DNA of 64,000 nt from the NCBI GenBank assembly GCA_009859145.1, contig VRVR01000015.1, positions 327,894 to 391,893 on the forward strand, given 5' to 3'. Positions 1 through 11,300 of the stretch are shown here, piece after piece (positions within the stretch are counted from its first letter, which is position 1; each line of letters begins with the position of its first letter). The stretch is from Andalucia godoyi And28. Taxonomy: Eukaryota > Protista > Jakobida. Under the pieces are notes generated by a model. That model worked only from the letters and a program-made list of their open reading frames with translations. It was not told the origin of the DNA and searched no databases. A program made the position numbers and the translations under genes.

Positions 1-3000
1 CACCGCAGTCCGTTCTTGTTAAACACCATGAAGCCCATGTGATAGAAGCTAGAGGCATCCACAACATCCAGAACCTGCGCAAGGAGGATGTACACCGTGG
101 TCGGCTTGGTGACTTTGAGCAAATACTGCGGATTCTTCGTAAACTTCGCAGCATTGTTCACAGAGCCTCCTGCGGTTTCTCCTTTCCACTCTCCCAATGC
201 TTCCGCCTTCTTCCACGTCTTCGGAACGACCCTGCAGAGATAGAGAGTGGGGAAGTTTTCAATAAACGCTTCGAACGACATGTAGAACGCACCATCATCG
301 GCAACACCGGGCGCCATCGGTCCCAGCTTCGCTCGCAAACGCGGGGTCCACAATGGAGAGTCATCGCAATAATCTCCCGTCCATTCGCCTTGGCCCCACG
401 GATTTCGGAGCCGCACAAGACGGATATCGTCGATCTCCACCACATTCAAGATGGCATACGCATGACCTTGCACAATCCCCTCGGAACTGGAATCCGTATC
501 CTTACCGGCACTCGAGCCTGCGCCCATCAGGAATCCAGACTCAAAGGCCGTGAGCATCTTTTGCCACAGTCGTTCGCTTGTCTTTGTGGATTCTGGGATA
601 CCACCAGTCAAGGAGGTTAATCCTGTGTGAACAAACCCGCCTTCAATTCCAGAATAGGATCCACCTCCGAACCGCTTTGCAAACGCCTTTTCCACAATGG
701 CGGGCCACAACTCACCTTCGTGAACAGACTGCGCAAACGCTGGACCAGATCGATTGTCGTCGTATGGAAGGAAGTCGTCCACCATCACAGATTCCTGTCG
801 ACCATTCACAAACAGCTTGACAGAATAAACACCTGCAATCACGCAATCCTTCAGCGAGCCGCCAACGGGCTTCAGGAACATGTCTTCGATGCGCGTGCGA
901 TCCATGGCCACCACAGTCATTGCAGACAGAAGCCAGCAGTCACCAAGCGAGCCTTGTGCAACCGAAGAATCTGTATTCTGAGCCTTGATGACATCGGCAT
1001 TTGCACGCTGTTCAGCATTCATTCGGCCCCAAACAAAACCAGATTTTCCAATTGCCTGCGCGTCGCGATCGCTGAACACTTTGTCCTTGAAAAGCGTCCG
1101 ATTGGATTTCGAAGACTGGACAGCTTCCGTCAGCCGAATCACATCCGGATCTGCACTACTCAAACTCGATCGGTTCTTTTCAGTTTCCGCTTTTCGGCGA
1201 CGCTCCTCCTCCTCCTTCTCCTTCTTCTTCTTCGCTTCTTCTTCTGCCTTCCTCTGAGCAGCTTTCTCTTCCTCTTCCTGCTTCCGTTTGACAGCTTCCT
1301 GTCGCTTCCGCTCGATTTCACGTCGCCTCTCGTTTTCTGCATTCTTTCGGCGTCTCTCCTCTTCTTCTTCGTCGGCGTCCGTAGCGTCACGTTCCAGTTG
1401 GTCGCGTCGTTTTCTTTCCGCTTCCCTACGTCGTTCCTCCTCTTCTTCCTCCTCCTGCTCTTTCTGGAGACGCAGACGCTCAATTTCTTCACGCTTCCGT
1501 TGTTCTTCATTCTGCAAACGGATTCTTTCCAACTCCTCGCGCTTCCTCTGCTCCTCTTCTAATCGCCGCTTATTACCTTCTTCCTCTTCTTCCAGTCGTC
1601 GACGTTCTTCTTCTTGTAGTCGAAGTCGGATGGCGTCATCCTCGCTCCTGCGCCTGTTTTCTTCGTCTTTTCTCTTCTTCTCATCCTCCAGTAACCGCTG
1701 ACGGCGGACTCGTTCTGCTTCTTCGTCTTCCTTCTGTTTGCGCTCGTCCTCACGTTTTTGCTCAGACTTCTTTTCGAGATACAACTTGTAGTCCTTCTGC
1801 ACCGCCATCCGATCCTCGTTCTTGATGCTCGGGAGGGACTGCTTTTGCAGGATCTCATACAGGATGATCTGATCCCGAAGTTCGACAGGAACCATAGCAA
1901 TTTGCTCCAAATCCACGGGCAACGGGGTGACACGAGGATTTGCAGGCGTTGCAGGACCGGGATCATGCGCAGAAATGGATGCAGTGGGCAGAGGACTGGC
2001 AGGCAGGCCTTGACTGCCCGAAGACGCCGCCCCACCAGCTCCAGTCACACCTCCTGTGGCTCCACCATCTCCAGGGCCCTTCTTGTTGAGGTTGCCACTT
2101 AGGAAAACATCGCGCTGTTTGTAAAGACTCTGCAGGCGCTCCGCAATAAACTGACTCCAGCGCGCTTCGTCAGCCTTCATAATGGACTGGCCGGTCAGCC
2201 AGACAAACATTTCCACCAAAGCGAAGTACTTCAAGAAGCGAATAGCAGCGTGCCGGACTTCAGCATCCGCTTTGAAAACCTCCGTGCACAGTGCAGCCAC
2301 ATTACACTCCGACTTGTATTTCTTGGCGATCTCCTCACTCTCCTTCAGTTCAACGTGCGGCATCTTTTCTTCGATGCGCATCAGCGTGACTTCCGGATAC
2401 GGAGATGTCGCCTCAGACCCCTCGGCTGCATCATACTGTTTAACAGCAAGTTCTAATGACAAGTCGTAAAAGACGCGGTCAATCAGCAAATGGTCATGCG
2501 CCGAATGCTCCGGGGCAGATGCTGGGCCGTCTTCAATCATCTTTGCAGAAATCAAGGCATTAAAGTATCGATTACGTGCGGAGTTAATGCAGGCCTTGAT
2601 GACGGGTTCCGGGCAGTACGGAGACACAAGATGCAGCTGGTGGCGGACAAACCTGGAAAACCAGACGGTGCAGACAAACAGACAGAGAAGAGCGAAAGAC
2701 GAAACGTCCATTCCGATCCACGCAGGGCTTAAGAAGAGGGTGGCCACCACGCCCCAAATCAGCAGCGTGAAAAGAGCGCAATACAGCGCAACAGTTCCCA
2801 AACTGCTCGCAACAACGTCCGGAAGGTCATTGGTCTGACTGAACTTGTACACTGGGAAGATATACTCGCTCCAGACAATAAAGCAATGGGGATTCCGCAA
2901 GTGAACATATAAGTGCATGGCAGCCAGCGCCATGAACAAGCAGAATATCGACGCCGCAAACATCGAAAAACCGCCAAAGGCATATGACGTGGCAAAGCCA

Positions 3001-5255
3001 ATGCCAACACCGATTCCGGCGAGTATCATGAGAATGCCTCCAACAACCTGCACATGACGTGGTGGTAAGTAATAGTTGTTCGAAACCCACCGAACAATCG
3101 TGAATACTGCAGCGGCGGCGCCGAACAAGATGAACAAGAGGACGACGCCAGCGATAATGGACAACACGACGAAAACTGCGATCATGAATGCCACAAAACA
3201 CGCCAAAGCAAAAGAAAGCAAAATGATAGAACTCGTCTGCAACTTCCACTTGTTATCCTTCCACACAATGAATCCAGAAACAGTGGAAACGAAGATTGGA
3301 TAGGCAAGCACACAGAACAAAAGCACCAGCGCAGAATTGGATGGAACGCCGTTCAAACTGGTATAGTAGAATATGATGCCGTACAATATCAGCGTGATGA
3401 AGGAAATGCTTTCGATAATCATGGAGAAGACAGACAACTTCAGCGTTTGGAACCATTCGACTACGGGTAAAAAGGAGAAAACGACAATCAAAGGACAAAC
3501 GCAAATGCTCCATCCGATGAATGTCGGGCTCACAGTCGCCGCGATCAAGCCACCCCACGCAACGAACAAGGCCACAAACAAGAACGCCCACACCCATACA
3601 GATGGCTTCACCCACTTGTATTCGCCCTTTTTCCAAACCAAGTAAAAGTACAGGGCGCACAACAATGCGGGAAACGCAAAAATGAAACAAAACAAAACAA
3701 TAAAGGATCGTGTGATGAAGTATAACAGGAGCCCCTCAAGACCAGAGACAACAATTGCAGCAAGGGCGACCCATACCGACGGTTGCTTGAGGATCGCAAA
3801 ACTGACCGCCCCGCAATTCACCGCGGCAGTCTTCACGGTGTCCTTCACGGTGTCCATCCGCTGCACGGACAATACGAACCCGGTGGAAAGGAGCCATTCC
3901 TGTCGGTAGAGCAGCCGCAACGTTGTCAATATGAACATGTATGGAATCAAGATCAGAATAGCTGCAACTCCGAATTCCCACTGCCCATGGGACTGGCCGT
4001 CCATTACGGAAACTGTGGCAATTCCTGCAACCTTGGACACCGCGATCACACCAGCAATAAAGGGAATGGTTAGGAATAGCAGATTAAATTCCGGAGTCTG
4101 GAACACCTTCACCATCTCTCGCCGGGAGATTCTATTCGAACGCAGGTTCGTGAGTGTTTTCAAAGTGTCTTTCAATTTCACCAACGAGAACCCCATGGAT
4201 AACTGAGGACTCTTCTTCTCCAAACTGACGCGATGATTGACCAGGGACGTGGAGAACAGCAGCCCGAAGAACACATAAAGCAGGCAGATGCCAAGGAACC
4301 AGACCTCGTCGCCAAATGAAAAGAGTGCGATACGACAAATCGTGGACACACCCAGAACTGCAAGAGGACTGACCAAGAAACCAGACGTAATGTACAGGGC
4401 CACATTGATATCGATGAAGAGCACGCAGCCTCCCATGATGAAGCCCAGGTTCGAGGCTCCTCCGGTGGCGCCGTCAGGCGTCCTGAACTTCACAACAAGT
4501 GCATAGGCAAGCAGAATGCCAACCGATACGACATACAGGACTATAGATTTCATCTTTCGAGAAAACTGTCTTTTCACGGAAAATGAAGACACCGCAGACG
4601 TGCCAAAACCGAGCTCAAACTCCCCATCGACCAGCGTATCCATTGTCTGGATGCAAGGAGCAGTAGACGGAAGCTCCACAGAGTCCTGTGTATTGTAGAA
4701 TGTGATCATCGTGATGCAGAGCATATTCAGCGCGAACATGATCGCCGAAACTCCGGTGAACGTAAACGGTTTCAGTCCAAACACCACCGTTAGCTCATAC
4801 GCGACAAAGAACACCAATGACGATACCAGAAACGCATAGATGCCGCGCGACCACGGAAAGAAGCCCTGAGTCGCCCATCGCAACAAGGCCGAAGCGAACG
4901 GCAGGATAAACCCTCCAAAAAAGAGCATCGTAAGGCCGACCACGACCGGCGATATTTTTGCACAGACAACAATCGACCACGCCAAAAGCAACCCGACTGG
5001 AGGAGCAACCGTCAGGAAAACGAGCACGGGCTCCAAGACCGCCAGCGTCCATTTGAAATCCCACGGAATCTTCGCAACCGACTGAAGCTTTGCGATCCAC
5101 ACAGGCCACCGAAACACATTCCAGTGAAGAAGGAACTGAAGTGATGAGAACGACAAGATCAGCATGATGAAAAACGGAAGCCCAAGGCTCAGAGCATACG
5201 AGCGGAAGAGAGTCTCGTCAAACTCGGAGTCCGACGTGCTGCTCTCCAGTGCCAT
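1..5255 (-). CDS. DEK1: DEK1-like multi-pass membrane-anchored calpain (TML-CysPc), 3' end outside window, >1750 aa
   Basis: ATG at 5255 (in-frame TAA upstream). The frame appears stop-free to position 1, which explains its absence from the ORF track. Hand translation shows a hydrophobic multi-TM N-terminal ~870 aa with WKDNKWKL (3240-3263), WVSNNYYL (3066-3089) and FPVY (2847-2858), then an E/K/R-rich coiled coil (~1200-1800). The calpain core has QGSLGDCWLLSA (Cys 936-938), DDFLP, ELWPAIVEKAFAK, GIVQGHAY (His 462-464) and RLRNPWG (Asn 402-404). Confidence 0.92.
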   Translation of the reverse strand, partial: MALESSTSDSEFDETLFRSYALSLGLPFFIMLILSFSSLQFLLHWNVFRWPVWIAKLQSVAKIPWDFKWTLAVLEPVLVFLTVAPPVGLLLAWSIVVCAKISPVVVGLTMLFFGGFILPFASALLRWATQGFFPWSRGIYAFLVSSLVFFVAYELTVVFGLKPFTFTGVSAIMFALNMLCITMITFYNTQDSVELPSTAPCIQTMDTLVDGEFELGFGTSAVSSFSVKRQFSRKMKSIVLYVVSVGILLAYALVVKFRTPDGATGGASNLGFIMGGCVLFIDINVALYITSGFLVSPLAVLGVSTICRIALFSFGDEVWFLGICLLYVFFGLLFSTSLVNHRVSLEKKSPQLSMGFSLVKLKDTLKTLTNLRSNRISRREMVKVFQTPEFNLLFLTIPFIAGVIAVSKVAGIATVSVMDGQSHGQWEFGVAAILILIPYMFILTTLRLLYRQEWLLSTGFVLSVQRMDTVKDTVKTAAVNCGAVSFAILKQPSVWVALAAIVVSGLEGLLLYFITRSFIVLFCFIFAFPALLCALYFYLVWKKGEYKWVKPSVWVWAFLFVALFVAWGGLIAATVSPTFIGWSICVCPLIVVFSFLPVVEWFQTLKLSVFSMIIESISFITLILYGIIFYYTSLNGVPSNSALVLLFCVLAYPIFVSTVSGFIVWKDNKWKLQTSSIILLSFALACFVAFMIAVFVVLSIIAGVVLLFILFGAAAAVFTIVRWVSNNYYLPPRHVQVVGGILMILAGIGVGIGFATSYAFGGFSMFAASIFCLFMALAAMHLYVHLRNPHCFIVWSEYIFPVYKFSQTNDLPDVVASSLGTVALYCALFTLLIWGVVATLFLSPAWIGMDVSSFALLCLFVCTVWFSRFVRHQLHLVSPYCPEPVIKACINSARNRYFNALISAKMIEDGPASAPEHSAHDHLLIDRVFYDLSLELAVKQYDAAEGSEATSPYPEVTLMRIEEKMPHVELKESEEIAKKYKSECNVAALCTEVFKADAEVRHAAIRFLKYFALVEMFVWLTGQSIMKADEARWSQFIAERLQSLYKQRDVFLSGNLNKKGPGDGGATGGVTGAGGAASSGSQGLPASPLPTASISAHDPGPATPANPRVTPLPVDLEQIAMVPVELRDQIILYEILQKQSLPSIKNEDRMAVQKDYKLYLEKKSEQKREDERKQKEDEEAERVRRQRLLEDEKKRKDEENRRRSEDDAIRLRLQEEERRRLEEEEEGNKRRLEEEQRKREELERIRLQNEEQRKREEIERLRLQKEQEEEEEEERRREAERKRRDQLERDATDADEEEEERRRKNAENERRREIERKRQEAVKRKQEEEEKAAQRKAEEEAKKKKEKEEEERRRKAETEKNRSSLSSADPDVIRLTEAVQSSKSNRTLFKDKVFSDRDAQAIGKSGFVWGRMNAEQRANADVIKAQNTDSSVAQGSLGDCWLLSAMTVVAMDRTRIEDMFLKPVGGSLKDCVIAGVYSVKLFVNGRQESVMVDDFLPYDDNRSGPAFAQSVHEGELWPAIVEKAFAKRFGGGSYSGIEGGFVHTGLTSLTGGIPESTKTSERLWQKMLTAFESGFLMGAGSSAGKDTDSSSEGIVQGHAYAILNVVEIDDIRLVRLRNPWGQGEWTGDYCDDSPLWTPRLRAKLGPMAPGVADDGAFYMSFEAFIENFPTLYLCRVVPKTWKKAEALGEWKGETAGGSVNNAAKFTKNPQYLLKVTKPTTVYILLAQVLDVVDASSFYHMGFMVFNKNGLR

Positions 5256-5880
5256 TTCCCCCTCGCCACAGTTGGAATTGCTCGATTATCCAGCAATTGA
5301 ATGTCGAGAATACACGAAAGGAGGCAGGAAAAAAAAAGCGCAAATCAAAAATTTATAATATGAAAAGAAAAAGAAAGAAGAAAATACATATGAAAAATTA
5401 AATTTTAAAATAAAATAAAAAAATTTATTTAGTAAAGAGCAAAGAATGGATCGAAAGAATCGAAAGAAATACAGGGAAACGGATTCCGCAGCCGAAGGTT
5501 TCCTGATGACCGACGAGCGACTGATCAGAGGAAAACCTTTTTGCACGGCGCTCGTACAGTTCGACCGCTTTGTGTGTGCATGAGCAACAAAACACGAGTG
5601 CACACACGCAGGCAAATGGACATGTACAGTCGCTTTCATGGAGATTCGGTTTTTGCCGTTCTGAGCTTTTGGCATCCGAATCCCGTATTTCTGATTGGGC
5701 GTTTCGATTCGATTCGATTCGATTCGTTTCTCTTTTCTTCCCAGTTTTCCATTCGTTTGACGGTCACTGTTTGTTGCTAACGCGGTGAAGAGGCAGCAAA
5801 AAAAGAGAGAGGAGGGAATACAGCTGGTGATGCGCGCGCGCGTGTGTGTGTATGTGTGACTGCGATTTGAGTGGTTGCAG

Positions 5881-6753
5881 ATGTGGGAGTGGTTGAAGTC
5901 GAAGCGTGCCAAGCATGAGTGCTCGTCTTCTTTCTCCTTGGACACAGTGAAGCTGCTTACGTACAACGTGTGGTTTGATACGATGGCGAGAGAATTGCGG
6001 ACGTCTGCGTTAGTTGCATGCTTGGTGGAAGAGAGTGCGGACGTAATGGGGCTGCAAGAAGTCACTCCAGAAGTCCTGATGCTGCTACTCGGATATCCTG
6101 CCCTCTGCTCCATGTATCCTTATTGGAGCACGAAGAGCGTGGCGGAGGTTCGGCCCTATCAGGTACTGATGCTTAGCAAGTGGCGGCCTGTTGATCACAG
6201 GAGTATTGCGCTTCCGACTTGTATGGGCCGCAAAGGCGAGATGATCCGGTTCGACATTGGTCCAAATAGCGATATGGCATTTTGGTGCGCAACAGTGCAT
6301 CTCGAGTCGCTGAATTCTCAGGCAGTCCGACGCTCGCAACTGGATATTCTCTGCAGGGAGCTCTCAGCGAGTGCACAGAACCCGAAGCAGCCCGGAGGAA
6401 GGCTTTCTGTGCTCATGGGCGATTTCAATTATTTTGGAGATTGCGAAGATGCTGAAATCACAAGAAACGAATTCAAGGATGCCTGGCTGTTCTTGCATTC
6501 TGACAAGTCGCCGGACGACGGGTACACGTACGATTCTCATCGGAACCCAATGCTGTCACCAAAGTATCGCGACCGGCTTGACCGTGTCATTTGGGCATCG
6601 CTTCCCAGTTCGGGCGCAGCACACACTGCAAATTGGGCACCAACCGCAATGCGCATCATTGGAAATGTCCCTGGTCAGTACGGTCTTCCACCTAACCTTC
6701 TCATCTCCGATCACTACGGACTGGTTGCCGTGTTCCAACCGCAGGTCGTCTGA
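5881..6753 (+). CDS. TDP2: TDP2-like EEP-family phosphodiesterase (290 aa)
   Basis: Motifs LTYNVWFD, GLQEVT, HLES, GDFN, TYD, RLDR and SDHYGL match the exonuclease/endonuclease/phosphatase fold; first ATG at 5881; no UBA domain seen. Confidence 0.78.
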   Translation: MWEWLKSKRAKHECSSSFSLDTVKLLTYNVWFDTMARELRTSALVACLVEESADVMGLQEVTPEVLMLLLGYPALCSMYPYWSTKSVAEVRPYQVLMLSKWRPVDHRSIALPTCMGRKGEMIRFDIGPNSDMAFWCATVHLESLNSQAVRRSQLDILCRELSASAQNPKQPGGRLSVLMGDFNYFGDCEDAEITRNEFKDAWLFLHSDKSPDDGYTYDSHRNPMLSPKYRDRLDRVIWASLPSSGAAHTANWAPTAMRIIGNVPGQYGLPPNLLISDHYGLVAVFQPQVV

Positions 6754-7406
6754 ACAACCGACGTACGCACTACGCTGCCCAACACACACGAAATAGTGAC
6801 AATAAAAGTAAATCATTATTGCCTTAAATGCGAGTTTGACGCTGCTTGATGCACCAATTTTCCCCCCGAAAAAATTCCCGAATTGGCTTTCGGAGGGCTT
6901 CTCCAATCCAAGACAAAATGATGCAAAACCTTCTTTTCGTTATGGCTTACAACGTAGTTTCGTTGTCGTTGACCCAATTTCTTGGTTGTGCGGCGTGCTG
7001 TTCGCGAACATCAGCTTATATATATACTTCTTGGTGGAAGAATGCAGAGCACTGGGAATGCAGATGCAGAAAAGAGCCATCCAAAGGCTCGCTCTGTCTA
7101 CGAATCATCTTCAGCTCTTGTTTCCCGCGTATGCTTTTCCTCCTTCAAAAAAAGTGATTGCTACTTCTTTGGTGCAATTAGGGTAGCTGTAGTACTCATT
7201 GTGCGGTTGTGTATGTGTATGTGTATGTGTGCGTGCGATTTGTAGATGACCTTGCTGCACCAAACTGTGCATTCGTTTTTCCGAAATCTAGCAAATAATC
7301 AAGTCGATGTTTGTATGTTGGCTTTTTTATTTTTATTTTTATTTGAGGTGTTTTGTTCTTTGCTGAGCAGCTTCTCTTTCTCTCATTGTTTGTTCTGCTT
7401 CACGTC

Positions 7407-8291
7407 ATGACATCATTTTCCTCCTTACTCATGCGATCATGTGTCGAAGCATTGAATTCTGTCCAAAACATTCTTCAAATATGCAGGAAAGACGACGAGT
7501 TGATTGCGCAGTCGCGGGAGCTTGTGCAGACATCACAGGCGCTGGTGACTCGAAAGCTGTCCCTGCCCGCGCTTTCCGACCACGCCCGGAAGCTGTTTCC
7601 AGGAGACGTTCATAAGAGGTTTTACGATGCTGGACGGCTGAAGCGCGGGTTGTGGAGACGCGAGGTGGTGCTTCGATACATGCATCAACATTACGATGTC
7701 CGATACCGATGCTTTCGCGCTGGGGTCCAAGACCAGAGGATGTGCACAGACTGCCAGACCAAGACACTTTCGTTCCACGGTCCGCTGGATCCGTTTGCGA
7801 GATATTTGCTGCGATTCAAGGATTTTTCGCAGGTTCTTGTGGACAACATAAACATTCTGGACGCGAGTGGGCCAATCAGCAGATTTGCGCGGTTCATGAT
7901 GCGGCGCACCATCCTCTTGCGAATCGGAGGGAATAGGAGTGTCAGCATCCAGTTTCAGAGAAGGGTCGACGCGCAAGTGTGGTTTGTCTCGTCTTTTGAC
8001 ATCGAGATGCCAAATACGCCGCTGGAGGTCGATGAGCTGAAGCTGGATTGGTTCCGGAGGTTCTTCAATACTCGCGGACCAATGTCTGCGGAAGCAGCTG
8101 CGCAGACTCTCGTAGCCGCCCTGGCATCCTTCGCCATTGTCCAGTCCAGCACTCCATCTGTCGGAGGGATCAACGCGAATGTTAATGTTAGTGCCTTGGA
8201 CACTGCCCTGCCGGCGTCGGAGCCTGCTGAAAGAATCGTCTCTGACCCGGCGCTCAATCCGAGTACTGCCCATTCGTTTTCGAATACATGA
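7407..8291 (+). CDS. hypothetical protein (294 aa)
   Basis: Long open frame with globular-looking composition; first ATG at 7407 after a T-rich leader; no family recognised. Confidence 0.6.
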   Translation: MTSFSSLLMRSCVEALNSVQNILQICRKDDELIAQSRELVQTSQALVTRKLSLPALSDHARKLFPGDVHKRFYDAGRLKRGLWRREVVLRYMHQHYDVRYRCFRAGVQDQRMCTDCQTKTLSFHGPLDPFARYLLRFKDFSQVLVDNINILDASGPISRFARFMMRRTILLRIGGNRSVSIQFQRRVDAQVWFVSSFDIEMPNTPLEVDELKLDWFRRFFNTRGPMSAEAAAQTLVAALASFAIVQSSTPSVGGINANVNVSALDTALPASEPAERIVSDPALNPSTAHSFSNT

Positions 8292-8341
8292 CGATAATAA
8301 AAAAATTAAAAAAAAACCGAGTAGTTTTAACTAATTTTAGC

Positions 8342-11300
8342 TTATTGAAGCTTGATCTTCAGATCAACAAGGAATTGCTTCAAACCTTTTGCCCAGACCG
8401 ACGTCTCGTTCCAGTGATCAGTGGTCAGCTTCCCAAGCACTTCAGACGCCCTAGCAACATCCCTTGCACGAATTGCGTTCGTAATGTCATCCACAATGGC
8501 AAGTACGGTCGCAGAAATACCATCGCTTGCCAGGGCTCGGAACAAAGTCAGCAGAGCCTTCCCTACAAATTCCTTCTTGCGAGGATCAGCATTGGCATAC
8601 GCCCAGGCATACACTTCCTGCAAAAACTTGGCAGATGCGCCGCCCTTGCTCTCAGGAATGAAGCTGTCCACCTGGAATTCCTCCACGGTGAGAACCGCCG
8701 GGGCTGCAGGGGCACTCGGTGCAGTCGCGATTGGAGATGTCTGGTGTTGCTGGTAGTCTGCGGCAGGAGCCTGGTAGGCACCCGCATGTGTCACAGGTGC
8801 GACATGTGCGGGAGTCGCAGGAACAGCAGTGGCAGGCATCGATGCTGAAGGACCAAGAGGAAGGGAGGCGGGAGTAGCAGTGGATGCCAGGGTAGGAGCA
8901 GAGGCAGGGGCAGCAAATTGCGATGCATGCTCGTAATGGGAGTGACTCATGGGTGCAGCAGACTGCGACACAGAATTTGAATACGCAGCTTGTTGGTAAG
9001 CTTCCGTCACTGATCGACGTCCAGAAGAGGCATTATACTGACCCGCAGGATCGTGCGCATAGTGATGACCCTGAGATAAATGCTCATACTGCGACTGAAC
9101 TGGAGTGGAAACAGCAGGCACCGCAGCGGCAGCAGGGGCGACTGCAGGCGCAACCAATGCTGCATCCAAACGATCTCGCAGCTCGCGTGCGTCCGACAGC
9201 AATGGATCGGAGTCCATGGCGGCTCCAATGACGGCAATGAACTTCCGTGCCAAAGCAAGTCTGCCTTGCGCAGCCAGACGGGTTGCATAGTCCAACGCAT
9301 GCTGTGCGAACTGATGCGTCGCTGATGCTGCCGATGACGGCCGTTCAGGAGCAGAAAATTGTATGGAAATTTGCAGAACGCACGCCTTCTCCATATAGTC
9401 CGCAGTATGGTCCCACAAAGCCAGACACTTATCCATATCGCCAGCACACATGTAGCAGACCACAGCACGTTCAACTTCGCCAGAAGCCTCCAAACGAGAA
9501 CCCAGCATCCCAACAAGACTCGAAAACGACTCCTGAGATGCGTAGGAACACAACACTGCAAGAACATCTTTCCAAGACGAGGCAATGTCTTCAATGGATT
9601 GAATCAAGTGATCGAATGTTCCGTTCACCACAGAGGACACAATGCGGCCATACTTGCTCTGCGATCGATCTCGACTCGCTGTCAGTGAATCCAAATACGC
9701 TCTGCGGGTCTTTTCCCACAGCGAACCGTTATGGGGGTCGCAAGACGCAAGCAACAGTGCATCCGCCCAAGCAGAAGCTCGTATGCATCGTGCTACCGCA
9801 TCGGGAAAATCACGAGTCACAACGGATCGGGTGAGAGCAGCAAGCGTACCAGCGCCGAGATTCATGCCACCAAAAGAGTCCGTCACACTTTCAAACAACG
9901 CATCCTCATTTGACGTGGTAGCAGTTGCGTTGGGAGAAAACACACTAGTCTCGTTTGCATCCCACTTGGCTTCGGGCTGTGCAGTATGAGACCCCTCGTC
10001 GCTCGATTCCAAGATCGCCGGGGCTGCATCATCAACGTATCCCAAGTGCTTCATGAGCACGTTGCGGGTGTCGCGCGTAAACAAAATGCCGAGGATTTTC
10101 CAGATCTGCGCTTCCTTGGCATGCCCTCTGGACTCATACTCGACAGTCTTCTTTTGGCAGTATGCAGAAAGCGGAGCCGTGTGACCGTCGGAAGTATATA
10201 CAGACAATGCAATATCAAGATCTTCAGCACGAGCCACAAACTCCGGGTCAGTAATGACAGTTTTCAGGGCCCCGACGGATTTCTTTGTGGCTGCGTCCCA
10301 AGATACGGAAACCAGTTTCCCTCCAAAACCAAACGAGGCGCTGGCCGGTCTCCGGAGCCATTTAGGAGCATACGGCGGGACACCAGAGATGGTGTTCCAG
10401 TTTGCACCCTGCATGGTCAGTACCGATATCTTCCCGTCAAAGGACCCAGTGGCCACAATAGAAGGAGACTTGGGTGACCAAATCGCTCTATGAACCCAGT
10501 TGTCGGACGCGGGAAGCTCGGCAACCTGGCGACCATCTTCCGGATTCCAGCAGATGACCCGGTTGTCCCTGCCGCAGGACAGCAACAATCCGGCATCATC
10601 CGGGCACCAGGCGAGAGACAGAATTCCAGCAGAGTGACCTTCAAGAACACGAATGGGGGCCACAGCCGTTCTCAAATCCCAAATCTGGACCACAGGCGAT
10701 GCGTCGTCTTCCGAGGCAACCGCAACTTGGGTCGCATTCTCTGGGTTCCACGAGATTGCAGAGCAGCGCAGCTTTCTGTTCTTGTCAGCAAACGTAAAAA
10801 CAGGTCTCTTTTGCTTGAGATCCCAGACAACAGAGAGGCCATTGATGGAAGTCGAGCCCAAAATGTGCGCAACTTTGCGGTTCCACGCAACATCGCTGAC
10901 CTCCTCGGTGTGGGGATTCCTGCCACCCGGGGCAGCCCAAGCACCCGACGACTCACCAAGAGTCCAGATGTACACCTGTCCATCCGCGCCGCCGGATGCG
11001 AGCATGCTCGGCTGGAACGGATTGAACTGCAACGCCCGAACATCGCCTTCGTGTTTCTTCAGCAGAATCGGCTCCATCGTGGAATCAGAGCCTTGGGACG
11101 GCGGAGAGTTAAAGAACTCCTCTCCATTCACATTTACAGAGCTCGCTGTTGGCGGTTGATACGACGAAATCATATTGTCGGCATTCCAAAGCTGAATGGA
11201 ACCATCCACAAGCGCTCCAGCTATCAGCGATCCGCCCCAATCCAGCCTGCTGAACCGCTCTGGCGCATCAATTGTAGCAACAATAGACATATCACGTGTG

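Noticed and set aside
627-1562. 311-aa Leu/Phe-rich + ORF that looks like a membrane protein
   Set aside because: Reverse complement of the E/K/R-rich linker and calpain domain of the DEK1-like gene.
6817-6830. TGCCTTAAA matching the U12 snRNA 5' end
   Set aside because: The match is only 9 nt and the downstream sequence lacks U12 stems and the branch-site pairing region.
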